From Marsupella aquatica (taxonomy: Eukaryota; Plantae; Marchantiophyta), in assembly GCA_973895155.1 (NCBI GenBank), contig OZ316891.1, positions 310,001 to 374,000 on the forward strand: a stretch of DNA of 64,000 nucleotides, given 5' to 3'. Position numbers and translations under genes: made by a program. The notes under the pieces are model-generated. The model saw nothing but the letters and a program-made list of their open reading frames with translations, did not search any database and was not told the origin of the DNA. Shown here one piece after another: positions 38,783-52,722 of the stretch. Each line of letters opens with the position of its first letter. The first letter of the stretch is position 1.

Positions 38783-39766
38783 CTCTCAAGACCTTCTACA
38801 CATGAATCTATTTTCTTGAAGTAGGCATGGGCCCAACAGAAGCAACAGACGCATGCTACTCCACTATTCCTTCCAAAACTATGCTCCCTTCTACGTTCAC
38901 GCGCACGGTCTATGAGCTTTCGGATTCAATCATGCCGTCAACGTAGCAAAGTTTCTACTGCAAATACAGTCCACTTTCCTGCCTTGTCCGATAATCCTTC
39001 ACGATAGTACTGTACAGTGCATCATTCCATTCTTGCGTCATTTGAGAATTATTCCCTTACGCCTTCCCTAACCCCAGAGTAGCTAACAAGCTTTCGAGCA
39101 CGTTTCACGACCTATCTTGGGAATCTGAGAAGCTCAGACAGTTGAGATGCAGATGGAACTTCATATCGTTTTGGTCGAATCCAGACTGTCAACTCCCTTT
39201 GAAGCAGAAGAACATGGCCACTTTACTAGAATTGAATTATCTAATCTTCGACATGGATGTATTCGAAGATCTGAATACATCCATCAGTCTCGGCCAAAGG
39301 CTTCCTGCAAGTCGATGAACTCGAAGACTCATTGCTTGAAGTTTTCTGCTGGTGGAGGTCGCCATCCGCGCATTTGATCTTTATGCCCTTGATTTTCGTC
39401 TCCTGTCACCAATGTGAGTTCCCTTCCAGTACCATGTTCACAGCAAGGCAGCTACTGTATGCAAACTCTTCTTTTGATCTAAGGACAATACTCAACTAAG
39501 ATGTCAAAAGAGGTTTCTACATATCAAGCCAACAGCTTGATTTCACGCACCTCTAATTTCGACACTCAAAACGAAACTTGCGTGACATTTCTCTTACATG
39601 AAATGGTCTTTCAGCCAGAAGAGGGCTAGGTACAACCCCCAATTCCAGAATCTCAAAATTAATATTACAGAATTGCGACACCTAACACCTGACTGTATCT
39701 GCGCTGCCAGTGACTACTGATTTGAAGTCACTTTCCAGCCAGCCCAACACAGCTTTCAATCTGTGT

Positions 39767-42700
39767 TCACCAGTAATCACCACAAGAACACATTCCATCT
39801 TTAAAATGGTGGAACCGATTTGCATCCCTTGCAATAATCTCGCGTCCGGTCACCTTAGAAATATACTTGGTTGCTGAGTGGCAATCTGAACACACCCGAA
39901 GGTTCTTACTTACACGAATAGGTTCTCCCCAAGGTAGGTGCATAAGTCCGTAAGCAATAGCCAACTTCTCACTATGAGAGCAAAGGGCTAGCTCCTTATC
40001 CTCTTCATTGATATCATGCAATACAAGCTGGGTATCCGGAATGTAGCCTTCCGCCTTCAGTTTTTCACTCAATTTACTCAGCTCAGTATAGATCGCCTCC
40101 GCTTCTGGGTGAGATGTATCCCCCACCACAAATTCATGGATCTTGTTATGAACTTCGATCCAGCTACGTCCTGGCTCCTTCCGAACACCTCTCTCTTGCA
40201 TCATAGTGCGCACAGATGACACCTTCTCCCACTTCCCAGCTGCAGCATAGATATTGGAGAGCAGCACATATGTAGAGGCCTTACCGGGTTCCAACTTGAA
40301 AAGCTCGTTAGCGGCCAGTTCACCCAGCTCCACGTTACCGTAAGTTCTACAAGCCCCAAGCAAGGCTGTCCAAGTTACATCATCTGGTTCGATCGGCATC
40401 TCACTGATCAACTGCTTTGCTTCTTCCACGTGTCCCGCCCGCCCAAGAATATCCACCATGAGGTTATAGTGAAAAACAGTACGCTCGATACCGTAATCTT
40501 GCGTCATAGCAGAAAAGATTCGACGGCCATCATCAACAAGGCCTCCATGAGAACAGGCTGACAACACAGCTATGAATGACGTCTCGGTGGGCTTCACATG
40601 GTCTGCATTCATTTGTCTGAAAAGTTCCAGGGCTTCCTGCCCATATCCGTGTTGTGCAAGTCCACCGATCATTATGTTCCAAGTGACTACATCGCGTTTC
40701 TCCATTCTGTTAAAAACAAGTCGGGCGTCAGCTATACTGCCACTCTCTGCATACATGTGAACGAGTGCACTACCCACACGCAAATCCGACTCCAGTCCGG
40801 CTTTCCTAGCGTGGCCATGAACCTCCTTCACCCACTCCAAAGCCCCCGCACTTGCAGATGCATTCAGGATGGTCACATAAGTGATTGCATCTGGTTCGAA
40901 GCCTTGGCGTCTCATTTCAAGAAACATTCGATATGCTTCATGCCCAGATCCATGTTGTGCAAGCCCTCCTATCATTACAGTCCATGTGATTACATCGCGT
41001 TTCTCCATTCTGTCAAAGACCAGTCGGGCATCATCTATACTGCCAATCTTCGCATACATGTGAACGAGTGCATTGCCCACACGCAAATCCGACTCCAGTC
41101 CGGCTTTGCTAGCGTGGCCATGAACCTCCTTCACCCACTCCAAAGCCCCCGCACTTGCAGATGCATTCAGAATACCCGCATAAGTGAATGCATCTGGTTC
41201 AAAGCCTTCCCGTCTCATTTGGAGAAACAATCGATATGCTTCGTGCCCACATCCATGTTGTGCAAGTCCCCCGATCATTACGTTCCATGTGACTACATTG
41301 TGTTTCTCCATTCCCTCAAAAACAAGTCGGGCGTCATCTATACTGCCACTCTTTGCATACATGTGGACCAGTGCAGTGCCCACACGCAGGTCTGACTCCA
41401 GTCCTGCTTCGGCAGCATGGCCATGAATCTCCTTCACCCACTCCAAAGCCCCCGCACTTGCAGATGCATTCAGGATGCTCAGATAAATGATTGCATCTGG
41501 TTTGAAGCCTTCCCGTCTCATTTGGAGAAACAATCGATATGCTTCGTGCCCACATCCATGTTGTGCAAGTCCCCCGATCATTACGTTCCATGTGACTACA
41601 TTGTGCTTCTCCATTCCCTCAAAAACAAGTCGGGCGTCATCTATACTGCCACTCTTTGCATACATGTGGACCAGTGCAGTGCCCACACGCAAGTCTGACT
41701 CCAGTCCTGCTTCGGCAGCATGGCCATGAATCTCCTTCACCCACTCCAAAGCCCCCGCACTTGCAGATGCATTCAGGATGCTCACATAAGTGATTGCATC
41801 TGGTTTGAAGCCTTCCCGTCTCATTTGGAGGAATAGTCGATATGCTTCGTGCCCACATCCATGTTGTGCAAGTCCTCCTATCATTACATTCCATGTGATT
41901 ACGTCGCGTTTCTCCATTCTGTCAAAAACCAGTCGTGCGTCACCTATCCTGCCAGTCTCTGCATACATGTGAACCAGCGCAGAGCCCACACGCAAATCCG
42001 ACTCCAGTCCGGCATTTCTAGCATGGCCATGAACCTCCTTCACCCACTCCAAAGCCCCCGCACTTGCAGATGCATTCAGAATACTCGCATAAGTGAATGC
42101 ATCTGGTTCAAAGCCTTCCCGTCTCATTTGGAGAAACAATCGATATGCTTCGTGCCCACATCCATGTTGTGCAAGTCCCCCGATCATTACGTTCCATGTG
42201 ATTACATTGTGTTTCTCCATTCCCTCAAAAACAAGTCGGGCGTCATTTATACTGCCACTCTTTGCATACATGTGAACCAGTGCAGTGCCCACACGCAAGT
42301 CTGACTCCAGTCCTGCTTCGGCAGCATGGCCATGAATCTCCTTCACCCACTCCAAAGCCCCCGCACTTGCAGATGCATTCAGGATGCTCAGATAAATGAG
42401 TGCATCTGGTTTGAAGCCTTCCCGTCTCATTTGGAGGAATAGTCGATATGCTTCGTGCCCACATCCATGTTGTGCAAGTCCTCCTATCATTACATTCCAT
42501 GTGATTACATCGCGTTTCTCCATTCTGTCAAAAACCAGTCGGGCGTCACCTATCCTGCCACTCTCTGCATACATGTGAACCAGCGCAGAGCCCACACGCA
42601 AATCCGACTCCAGTCCGGCATTTCTAGCATGGCCATGAACCTCCTTCACCCACTCCAAAGCCCCCGCACTTGCAGATGCATTCAGAATACTCGCATAAGT

Positions 42701-45574
42701 GAATGCATCTGGTTCAAAGCCTTCCCGTCTCATTTGGAGAAACAATCGATATGCTTCGTGCCCACATCCATGTTGTGCAAGTCCTCCTATCATTACATTC
42801 CATGTGATTACGTCGCGTTTCTCCATTCTGTCAAAAACCAGTCGGGCGTCACCTATCCTGCCACTCTCTGCATACATGTGAACCAGCGCAGAGCCCACAC
42901 GCAAATCTGACTCCAGTCCCGCTTTCCTGGCGTGGCCATGAACGTCCTTCACCCATGCCAAACCCCCATCACATGCGGATCCATTCAGGATGCTCGTATA
43001 GGTGATTGCATTTGGTTCGAATCCATCCCGTCTCATTTGGAGGAATAGTCGATATGCTTCCACACCATCACCACGTTTTGCACATGCTCCAATCATAACA
43101 TTCCATGTAATGACATTTCGATTAGTCAACTTTTCAAAAACTTTCCTTGCCTCGGTGATGCACCCACATTTAGCGTACATCAGTACGAGAGCAGACCCTA
43201 CACGCACGTCCGATTCAAAGCCGGCATGTCGAATACCCTGATGAATTTCTTTTCCCCAATTGAGAGCTAATGGGCTTGAACATGCATTCAGGATGCTCAG
43301 ATACGTGATCTCATTCGGCTTCACGCCTTCTTGGCGCATTAGATTGAAAATTTCGAGTGCAGATTCAGCATGATCACTCCTAGCGTATCCCGCAATCATG
43401 CTGGTCCAAGTAATAACACTCTTCTTCTGAATTTGATCAAAAACTCTACGTGCATCCGATAAACCTCCGCATTTGATATACACATTCAAAAGCGTGATTG
43501 CCACATATGGATTTTCGTGAATTCCACTCTCGATGATGCAATCATGAATTTGCTTGGCTCCTGAAAGGTCTTTCTGTTGCAAGCACATTTGCAGAACTTT
43601 AATATATGTGTACGAGTCTATAGCAATGCCTCGCTGTAGACGATCTTTCAACATAGCAATTGTTTGACCCGTGGTACCAGGATGCATATGCCTACTGCCA
43701 ATCCCTTTTGCAATGACTTGAGACCGATCTCTCGTGTAATAACTAACATTAGATGGAAATCTGCAGTGAGTAACCAAATTCGCCCTTGCCTTAACCCACG
43801 CTGGCGTTGACCATCCATCCACCCAAAGTGCTAGTCTTGTCAACTTCTGATTGAACTCAGGTGCTCTGGGCTTCCTCTGTCAGCACCACAACCCACGATC
43901 AGATCTGCTACCAGGATAAAATCCAGGAGATTCCACGAGGTGCAATGAATTTGTAGTTATTTCTTGACGACTATGTTTCCAGTGATCTTTCTACAATGAG
44001 TGTTCAGAAATGGATAGCAGACCGGTAAGCCTCTCGAGTTCTAGGGTGCATTCCTACCTCCGTCCAAAGATGTATTTTCTTGTCTCCCTTGCTCTGCTGT
44101 GATCTTTGGTACAGATAACTTGCAAAAGTTAAATGACTCCTTTCCAACTGAGAGTAACGGCTATCTGTGAAGAATGCAATGATCTTAGAATAGAATATAG
44201 GATTGTGAAAGGCATATCCAGGTATCAACAAGCTCGTTCCTTCTCCCGTATTTTACTGTACCCACAGAAAGGACTGAGTCAAGAGCCTATCGAATTGATA
44301 CTAAAATACTTCAGCCAGAAGTCACATGTTATCCTTGGGTTGTGTACAGGACAGACTCTTAGGGCATCTTGACAGGCGTTCATTTGTAAGTTGCCTACAC
44401 TGTCCTTTCTGCGCTATACACAAACCAGAATCTCAGATTTCTCAAAAGAGACTACTTAGAAATAAAGCCTAGCCATCATCTGTAGAATCCATCGTGATTA
44501 GACACAGATGACATGAACGTGAAAGCGCTTCCCTCCCTCTCCTATAATTCAGAAGTAAAGGCTATCCATCATTCTTGAACTTGGCTCTTATACAATCCGT
44601 GAAGAGACACATACGATATGAATGTAACAGCCTCCCCTCCCCTCCCCTCCTCCCCACCCTGTGCTTCTTAACACGAAAAAGGAATCAAACTTGAAGTTCA
44701 ACTCAAGTCTTGATCACATAAGCCTCATGGCAGGAAATTCCCGCAACTATAAATGTCACACCGTGGTGCTGGAACAAGAGTTTCTGTTTAAAAGTAGGTA
44801 CGCATAACGTTGAAATCGCTCTTCAGTCTCATTACCTGAAGGCCGTGTACAAGAACAATGGCGGATGCCAATACCAATCAAACCGGAAGATGAAGGATAA
44901 ACTCTGCAAATCAAACGTCTTTGTTGAGAATGTATTCAAGGTCGTTTGGTCACATCAAATCCAACAAATTGACATGCATACAAAATTAATCATACCTGGC
45001 TGAGGACTGTTGCCTAAAGCGGTCCATATCCAAAAGTTCCATCGAGTCAGCTCCGTTCCCGTGCCGGGAATACGGAGCTCAATGGTACAGTTTTGAGAAA
45101 TACGATCTTACCTGTTTGACAAAGGTTCAAATCAGTCTAAGTAGTGCAATCTTGCAGAGCCCTCAAATTTCAAGTCTCATCTTTCCTTCCCATAATCTAA
45201 GGAAAGAATATTCATTACGCGAAGGCTCTGTTGGGGAAACCTTGACCGGGCAGAGGAATCTCAGCTCAGCGTAACAGTTGGAGGAAGCCCTAGAAGCATA
45301 GCAGTAGCCGTATCTTCTCCAGGATCAATTCCTCCTGCTGGACTCTTTTACGAATCATCCCAGCTTTGCCATCAAAACTTGAGAATCAAAACTACAAGTT
45401 TTGAGAAGAAAAAGTACGAGAAGATCTTCCATCCAAACCCCAAAGCAACCCACAGTCATACCTGCACATTGCCCTCTGAAAAACTACGGCGCGAGTGCTC
45501 TTGTTTATCGCCCTCCAAGAAAGAACCCTTTCCAACTGAAGTGTCCTGCATACCAAACGAAGAATTGTCGACAT
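39767..45574 (-). CDS. PLS-E1-E2-DYW pentatricopeptide repeat protein (C-to-U RNA editing factor), ~32 PPR motifs, ~1368 aa, probably mitochondrial
   Basis: The main exon 39767-43760 is an intact ORF with L-S-(P-L-S)x9-P2-L2-S2-E1-E2, PG box (PGRSWIEV), HSEKLA, CSDCH and terminal DYW. A proposed first exon 45462-45574 (MSTILRLVCRTLQLERVLSWRAINKSTRAVVFQRAMC, CAG|GTATG donor) splices in phase to the TGCAG acceptor at 43761. The 5' exon is inferred and less certain than the main exon. Confidence 0.95.
40720..42960 (-). repeat. Near-identical 303-bp coding tandem repeats (PLS triplets), ~7 units
   Basis: Long runs such as cacccactccaaagcccccgcacttgcagatgcattcag recur every 303 bp. Confidence 0.97.
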
Positions 45575-47789
45575 TTCTTCAAAGAAGAACTTGTGAACAA
45601 GTGTTATGCAGACCGTGTAAGTAGCAAATTGGGCAGGCTCGACAATTCGTTCAGAACAACAAGTTGAAGCAAGTGGCAACAAAATTGATCTAGATTGTAA
45701 CGGGAAATCAGGAGACGGGCAGCAGGAGACGTCATGCAAGAAATGAGTAGGGCTTGAACCAGGATGGACAGTATCCCGGGCTGAAAAAGAGATTCTGTCC
45801 CGCTTCCTTGGGCGCCCAGAGGTGAGAAGTATAGTTGCCCAATCTAAGGTCGAAACGCAGAAGAACATCCAGTATAGCTAGGGCCTTACTAAGAATTCTC
45901 TGCCCAAAGGACATGACGAGAGGCCGTGTAAACGTGGTAACGCGAACCTAACAGGGATCACTGGATTCGTCAGCATGTAGCTACGCACAGCTCGATACCA
46001 ACTCCCCGAGAAGCAACTATAGCAATTCAGCAATCCGAAGCCACTACGACAAGTAATACTTAGCAGATTGTGAATACTAGAAGGATTGTTAACTCATTAA
46101 ATTAACTGCTGAATTACAATCCAATAATACATTCTTAATTTTGGTTTCTTTTATATTTTGCAGCATAATTCATACTTGGCGAGCCTCTAACTGGAGGATT
46201 AAGGACTTCCTCGGTTATCGAGTTTCATTTACTTTTGATCCCAAGTCATTCTCGGCGGGGGTCTCCAAGATTCTGAGATGGATTCTCATCGACTTTTACC
46301 TAGAATCCTAGTCGGCGAGGGTCTTTGACATGCAGTCGCGCTATCTGGCGAGCCTCTATGTGGTGGATTAGGGACACTTGGGGCCCACCTAACACTTCCT
46401 CACTCGGAGTGTCTCCTGGATGGACTCGGGTCATTTGGGGCAACAGTATTTGTACTCAGCGAGTGTCTCCGAATTGGTTTTGGTTCTCTTGTTGCCCACT
46501 GTCCGTTTTTACCCATGGTTTCCTCGTTGAAGTGTTGTTACCGTTTGCCGGTGAAATTTTTTGATGGAACGGCCAAAAAATAACTTTTGGGTTTTTTTTG
46601 GGTTTTTTTGAATATTTTGTAACCCTTGTACAGGCCCTCTGAGGATTTTGGAAGAGAAAACAAAGGGCTGTCATGTGTATTTCAAGCCCCCAAGCCCTTT
46701 ACCACCCCCTTTGACCCTTTGTTGTCAAAATTTGGTTACGCGCGCAAAATGTAAACCCTGTCATCATACCTTGGATAGGTCATTCAGTTTTGATCAAAAT
46801 CACAAACCTATTTCAGATTCTAAAAAGCCTAAATCATCTATTTAAATTAAAAAAACATTTATCCAATCCCTCACCAAAGAATCTGCTCATTTTTATTGGA
46901 ATCTTGTACCCATCATCATTTATTCAACTTTGCCAAAAAAAAAACGAGTCATAATTTGTTCTCCTACTGCTCCTCCAAAATGTCCTCGTTTATGAGAGCT
47001 TGGATCACTTTAGCTAACCAATGCTGACAGTGAAAGAGAGACAGATGTAGAAATTTGCCTGAAACCATCAAATTGTTTTTATGGGGCCGAAATAGTTTTG
47101 GATATCTGTTCAAAATAAAAATAGTTGGTAACTAGTTCCAATGAATTTCCTACTCTGATAAGTTATATCAAGCTGTGAATCGGATGTTGACTTACACTCA
47201 TATGTCATACAATTTAGGACACTACCAACCACATGAAAATGTTGTCATCCCCACTGTTATCATGAGTTTTAGTTTTGACGTCAGCACCAAGCCCGGTAGA
47301 AACTACTTTAAATACTTTGTAAGACATTGTCTATTGCTCGTTTCATTTGGACTGTACTCTAACATTTCATTCATGGATGACAACTAGAGCTCCTGTCTTG
47401 TGACTCATTCTCTTGATTTCCAATGTATTCAGATTTTTGAGCCTAGATCAAACTGCAAGGGTACTAGAAAAATAAATAAATTTAATCAATCTCGATGGAA
47501 TTTGAAAATGATTAGGTTGTGGAACTGCATCTTTGATCATGGATATATCCGGAGCTTGAGTCTGACCTCAACAATTTTTTAGACAAAATCAGACTTTTTA
47601 AAATGTCAGAAAAGACCAGGTGATTATCTGACTGTCAAATTTTTAATACGTTGCAAATTTTTTACTTATGATTGACATGCTGACAATGTTCCCGGTACTA
47701 TAATCTCTTTTGATCGTTGTTAATTTTACCACTTCTACTAATAATAATAATAATAATAATGTTACTAACCAGTTCTGAGCATCAATGTA

Positions 47790-47950
47790 ATTTTTTTCAA
47801 GTAGGAGTTTGATGCAAATCCCATGGTTTTTTATGGGATAATCAATGGGATATAAGATTGGGGATTCTTAGGAAGGGTATATAAGATAGGGACACTTATA
47901 TAACCAATAGACTTCAGGCATGTGCACACCATGACAATTAAAGAGGTAAT
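47790..47950. repeat. ~165-bp dispersed repeat, second copy at ~61105-61275
   Basis: agtaggagtttgatgcaaatcc...ggcatgtgcacaccatgacaattaaaga is shared by both loci. Confidence 0.8.
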
Positions 47951-48074
47951 GATTCGGTTTCCTGGTACCTGACTTTCAATGGAAAAGGTTCAAAACACTT
48001 TTTTTAATGAAAATTTTTCAATTCAAATTCATTATTTTGTCAGTGTGCTTTGACACAGTGTAGTTGTGTGCTTC

Positions 48075-48177
48075 AAGGTCCTAGTAAGTGAAATCAGTGG
48101 AACAGGCTCAAAGCACAGAGAATTAAGGTCCTAGTAAGTGAAATCAGTGGAACAGGCTCAAAGCACAGAGAATTAAA
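48075..48177. repeat. Perfect tandem duplication 2 x 50 bp
   Basis: aaggtcctagtaagtgaaatcagtggaacaggctcaaagcacagagaatt x2. Confidence 0.92.
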
Positions 48178-49630
48178 TTAGTCGATTTAAGCTCACAATG
48201 ATCAAGATAAATAGCCAGGCCACCACTATTAAATTTTCCGCACGGAAAGAATCTAAAGATCAACCTTCATTAGATTTTTATCAATTTGATGATGAAGTTT
48301 ACCTCAAGTAGCGTGACAACCAGGGGCACAAGTTTTGCTCTGACCGACTCACTCTCAACCATTGGGTTAGTTCATTTTCACACTGACCGGGACATGATAC
48401 TTTTTATTTTGGTTACCCAAATATTATTATTATTATTTTATCTCAACAAGATTTAAGAACTTTATGCATTAGAATATCGGTAAAGTACCTAACCATGGTC
48501 CATTCATGCATGGTTGATGCTGATTATAGTTGAGTTGCGCCAATGTAACCCTACTTGACACACCAAAGCAAAAGACGCGTTCCCCAAACCTATTGGTAGA
48601 TGCAAAGTTTTTGAGTACGATTATTGTGGATTGAAAAATCCCGTGTCTCTTTGAGTTTGTTTAGCCCCGTTCACTGTGTTGTCGGTCAAGTCCCCGTTCA
48701 TTGTGTTGTCGTGCGACAAGCACCCGTTCAGTGGAAAAGCCCAACTCGTCCGGACATTGCAAGCGCAGGGGAGTTTCATGATTTTTCAGTTATGGCGGGG
48801 AAGGCACTGAGGTTGCATTGCATCTTTCCATCTGTGCCGGAATCCAAGAAGGCAGATCTTGCTACATCTGATGTGTGTCCAAAGAGTAAGCAAGGGAGAG
48901 CTCGGCTGCATCAGCAAACGCCCAATGTTGAGGCGTTGGTTGGACAAGCAGTGGGAGGAAGTGCGCTAGGAACGTTTCGAGACGAAGCAGTAGGGCAGTA
49001 GCGAGTTGATGGTCAATCTAGGTCTACAAAGTTGAATGTTGGGCACGAGAGGAAGTGGCAATTGGAAAGGTGCACACTGCAGCGAGGTGAGCAATACTCT
49101 GTTGTGAGGAAGTATTGACATTAAAGCTTGTTGTCTGTCCTTCAGCGCCTTATTCAGTTATTTGCTCGTTATTCAGTTGTACTAGGAACGGAAGCTATAA
49201 TGTTTGATCTCCCTCCTTTTGACCACTGTCTCTCTCGATGTCGCCCTCTCTTTCACTCAAATCCTTTGTGATTGTTTGTTGGCTGGGTGGTTGCGGTAGA
49301 TGAAGTTAAGGATTTGAGACAATTCGCCCAAGGCTGGCCATCTTGTCCTTCAACTTTCTACCTTGTTGTAATTGGGTTCTACAGACTGCTTGTCTTGTTA
49401 TGAACGGGCAAAATCATTCTTATACGGAAGCCATTACCTAATTGGTTGACTGGTGGAGTAATTACTGTACTCTTTGTCATGCCTTTCTCATTGCGACTGA
49501 AGCTTTTGCATAGACTCTCTTGTCATAGTCAAGGTTGGGCCAGGCTTGTGTTTCTAAAATTGATGTTCAACGGAAGTCTCCTACATTATACTAAATGCCA
49601 AGCTACTGTGAATTTGCAGGAGACAAAGCA

Positions 49631-50371
49631 ATGAAGGGCCCTCACACTCAAAAACAAGTGCAACTGCCTGTTCCACTCAGTTCGAGCAGCAGGTCGACTA
49701 ATTCAGGCACAAGTGAGGAATCTGAAGATGAAGTTCAGGTTCAACTGCCAAGTGACCAGGACAGTGGCAGCATGGATGAGGGGGAGCTTACAAAGTCGAA
49801 GGGCAAGAAAAAGGTTACAAACAAGAAAACAAAGGAACAGGCAGTGGATCAGGGTGCAAGACTAGTTGTAGACAACGATCATGTTGTGACACTAGTTTGG
49901 GAATATAGGAAGCACTTTATGGATTTTAGCAAGGGTAGGAAGAAGAAGCCCAAGAAGTTAATTCCAAACAAGGTGTGGACAAAAGTTTACAGCAACTACA
50001 AGAAACAATAATTCCCTATGTCTGGATTTAGACTAGAGAGCCTCAAGATTCATCTACGAGAGGCATTGACTGAAATGCAATCCGGAGTCAATAATCCAGA
50101 GGTTGATAACCAAGAGGGTGTTGAACTCCAAGATTCTAAGGAGATGAGGGAACTATACAACACAGAAGGATTTTTATGGAGAAATGTCTTGCAGGTCAGG
50201 CAACGAAGCATGGAAGGGAGTGTTTCTAAGAAACACAAGGAGCCTTTGGAGTTAGCTCCACCAGCTAGCAATGGCACACATATACGTTGTCGTATGGCCG
50301 AAAGAACACAAAGTAACAATATGACCTTAAAAACTCGGAATTCAATCCCTTTAAGAACAGATTGGAAATAG
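49631..50371 (+). pseudogene. Degenerate ORF with a Myb/SANT-like (trihelix) segment, probably TE-derived
   Basis: ORFs 49595-50011 and 50018-50371 are in frame across a single TAA. The pattern LVWEYRKHF...KVWTKVY...FP....ESLK.HL resembles Myb/SANT-like helices; an acidic/serine tract and K-rich NLS-like stretches precede it. Confidence 0.45.
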
Positions 50372-52429
50372 ATTGAATGAATTAACAAATTTGGATGGTT
50401 TAGAGCTCTCGCTCTGAAACTTTCAATCCCAAACAAAGAATGAAATTAACAAAACACAAGAAAAAGATAACCCTTGAGTTATGAGTCAAAAGGAAGAGGA
50501 AATCTGTAAAATGATTGGTTGTAACATGCTACTGCCACTCCTTCAGGAAGGACTATGGACTCACTATAGACAAAATTGAAACTAATAAGTCAAATCCTCT
50601 GTTTTCTTCTAGAGTCATAAAGATGAAGAATAGAAGGATTCTCTTGCTCACCAAACCCACAATACATTTCTGGCAAATTTACTGAGATATATATTAAACA
50701 GTTTTTAACTACAATGCCACTAAAGATGTGGCTTATCACAATACTGCCACGGTTTCTACAAAAATTATAATACTGCCATGGTTTTCGTATATGGTTATTT
50801 GGGTTTAGATGGGTTAACCCTACCTTGACGTGTCTCATGCTTGTTGGGTAAAAACTCCATCCAGTTGGTAAGAGTTCAGCTTCCCATCAACTCTTTCACT
50901 CGACTCACCCCCTGGACTGCGCGCTCAGTCATCGCTCCCGATTGTTCATCCATAGTTTGAAAGAGTCCAGCGTCCTCGGGCCCGCGTCAATGCTTGGAAC
51001 TAGCACCCTAGAAGCCTTCTGAATGCCAGCCAGAATGTCGAACGGTTTGGCCAAAACTTAGCAAATCGTTAAGTTGGGAAGCTACGCAAAGGACCATGAC
51101 GAAGCTGCAGCTATTTCCTGGAGCTGCTTGGCAATCGCGCAATGTGAATAGACTTCCTCACATTTGTGGCCAGATTTTTTCCCTGCAATGAAGGACGACT
51201 ACTCTGCTACATTGCGCACAAACATAGCTCCGCCCATGTGCTGCTGAATGCTATATTTAGCAGCGTATTCAATTGTGGAAGGACCAGCCCAAGTTGTTGA
51301 CGTTGCTGCCGATCGTAGTGACAAGAAGAACTCTGCACCAGTAATCCTCGCACCACGATTCAATCGACTTTCAGGTGGGAATACATTTCATTTTCAATGT
51401 CATCGATTGCTGCATATCTACGAAAGATATGCCTCGATGAGAAGTCCTTAGAAGTCGATGAGTAGTCCTTAGGCTTCAACATTATCACTTGCGGCTTTAC
51501 TGCCAGCTTTACTGTAATCCAGATGTAGTTTGCTATGAAGAACCAAAAATACATTTAAAGGTCTTCAAACTCGGTATTCATTCCCGTAAAGAACAAGATG
51601 GGTTGGTTTGATAGATTTAAACAAAAATAATAAACTTAAGATGTTTTCCACACATAGTAATCAAGTTTGATTACTTTACTAAGGTATTTTGAAGATCGCT
51701 CCACAGCGGTGAGAAGTTTTCAATGATATCTCAGCATCATGTAACCATAAATTAATGAAAAGGGAATGATTAACAAAATACACCAAAAATATCTTAAAGT
51801 ATGCTAAGGGAGTCTGGAATTGACCAAGGTTATTCCTTAGACATAAGTCAAAATGAAAAGACTTAAGGATTCAAATCCATATTGCTTTTCAGATCTAAAA
51901 GTGCTTACTAGAGTACCTGTTAAAATGCCGTAAACATGTCTTATCCTTTCTTTCTAAGTGGTACTCAGATAAAATCTAAAAGGTAGCTACTTCAACATTT
52001 AGATGGTACTAAGCAACATGAAAGAAAATCCATCAAATTCATTAAGACATAAACTCAATGAGTTAACTTTAAGAACTTAGGAATTTGTAATGAGTCACCA
52101 AGGAGGAATCTATCATCACAAGATCCAAAGATTTCTTACAAATGCAATTTTACTTCTTGTGTTTATGATAAGTGTAGAAACACAAGAAGGAGGTAAGTCT
52201 CTCCTATTATTAAGTCTGATTTAAAACTCATAGGTTCAGAATCAATAGACTTAACAAGAGGGAGAGGCAAAAATGCACAACTTAACCATAAACTACACTA
52301 GTGGTGGAGGGGTCTTATAGTAAAAATCTACAGAGTGAGAGGTCATAAGGTCGAAGAGACATGCCTCTTCATACTCCTCAAAAAGTCAAAGTGGCGATTC
52401 AGTAAGTGAAAAGCCGGAAATCTGGCTAA

Positions 52430-52550
52430 GTGTAAACTCGTAAACTAGTAAAAGCTGTGAACTAGTAAACTCTTAAACTTGTAAAAGTCTAACTAAGTCG
52501 TAACTCGTAATTGCGGTACAACTAAAAACTTAGTAAATTCACCTATTTTT
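52430..52550 (+). repeat. AACT(C/A)GTAA motif cluster, 3' of the MULE companion gene
   Basis: About 8 degenerate copies (aactcgtaa, aactagtaa, aacttgtaa). Confidence 0.8.
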
Positions 52551-52722
52551 AACTTTCTACTCCTAGCTCAAAAAAGCCTCAAATTTTGCCAGAAGGCTTT
52601 CCTAGGTACAGACTACGTACTAAAAAAGGTTTCATGACTTTTAAAACTCTAGAGCACATTTCTAAAAATCGGACAAGATGTACTACTCTAAAACTTAACT
52701 AAAAACACTTAGGAGTTCTGCC

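Noticed and set aside
40016-43241. Many repeated + strand and alternate-frame ORFs over the PPR gene
   Set aside because: Shadow ORFs produced by the 303-bp coding repeats; no independent coding signal.
43761-43843. TTG start of the 1358-aa ORF
   Set aside because: Non-ATG start; a TGCAG acceptor at 43761 in phase with an upstream ATG exon suggests this stretch is intron.
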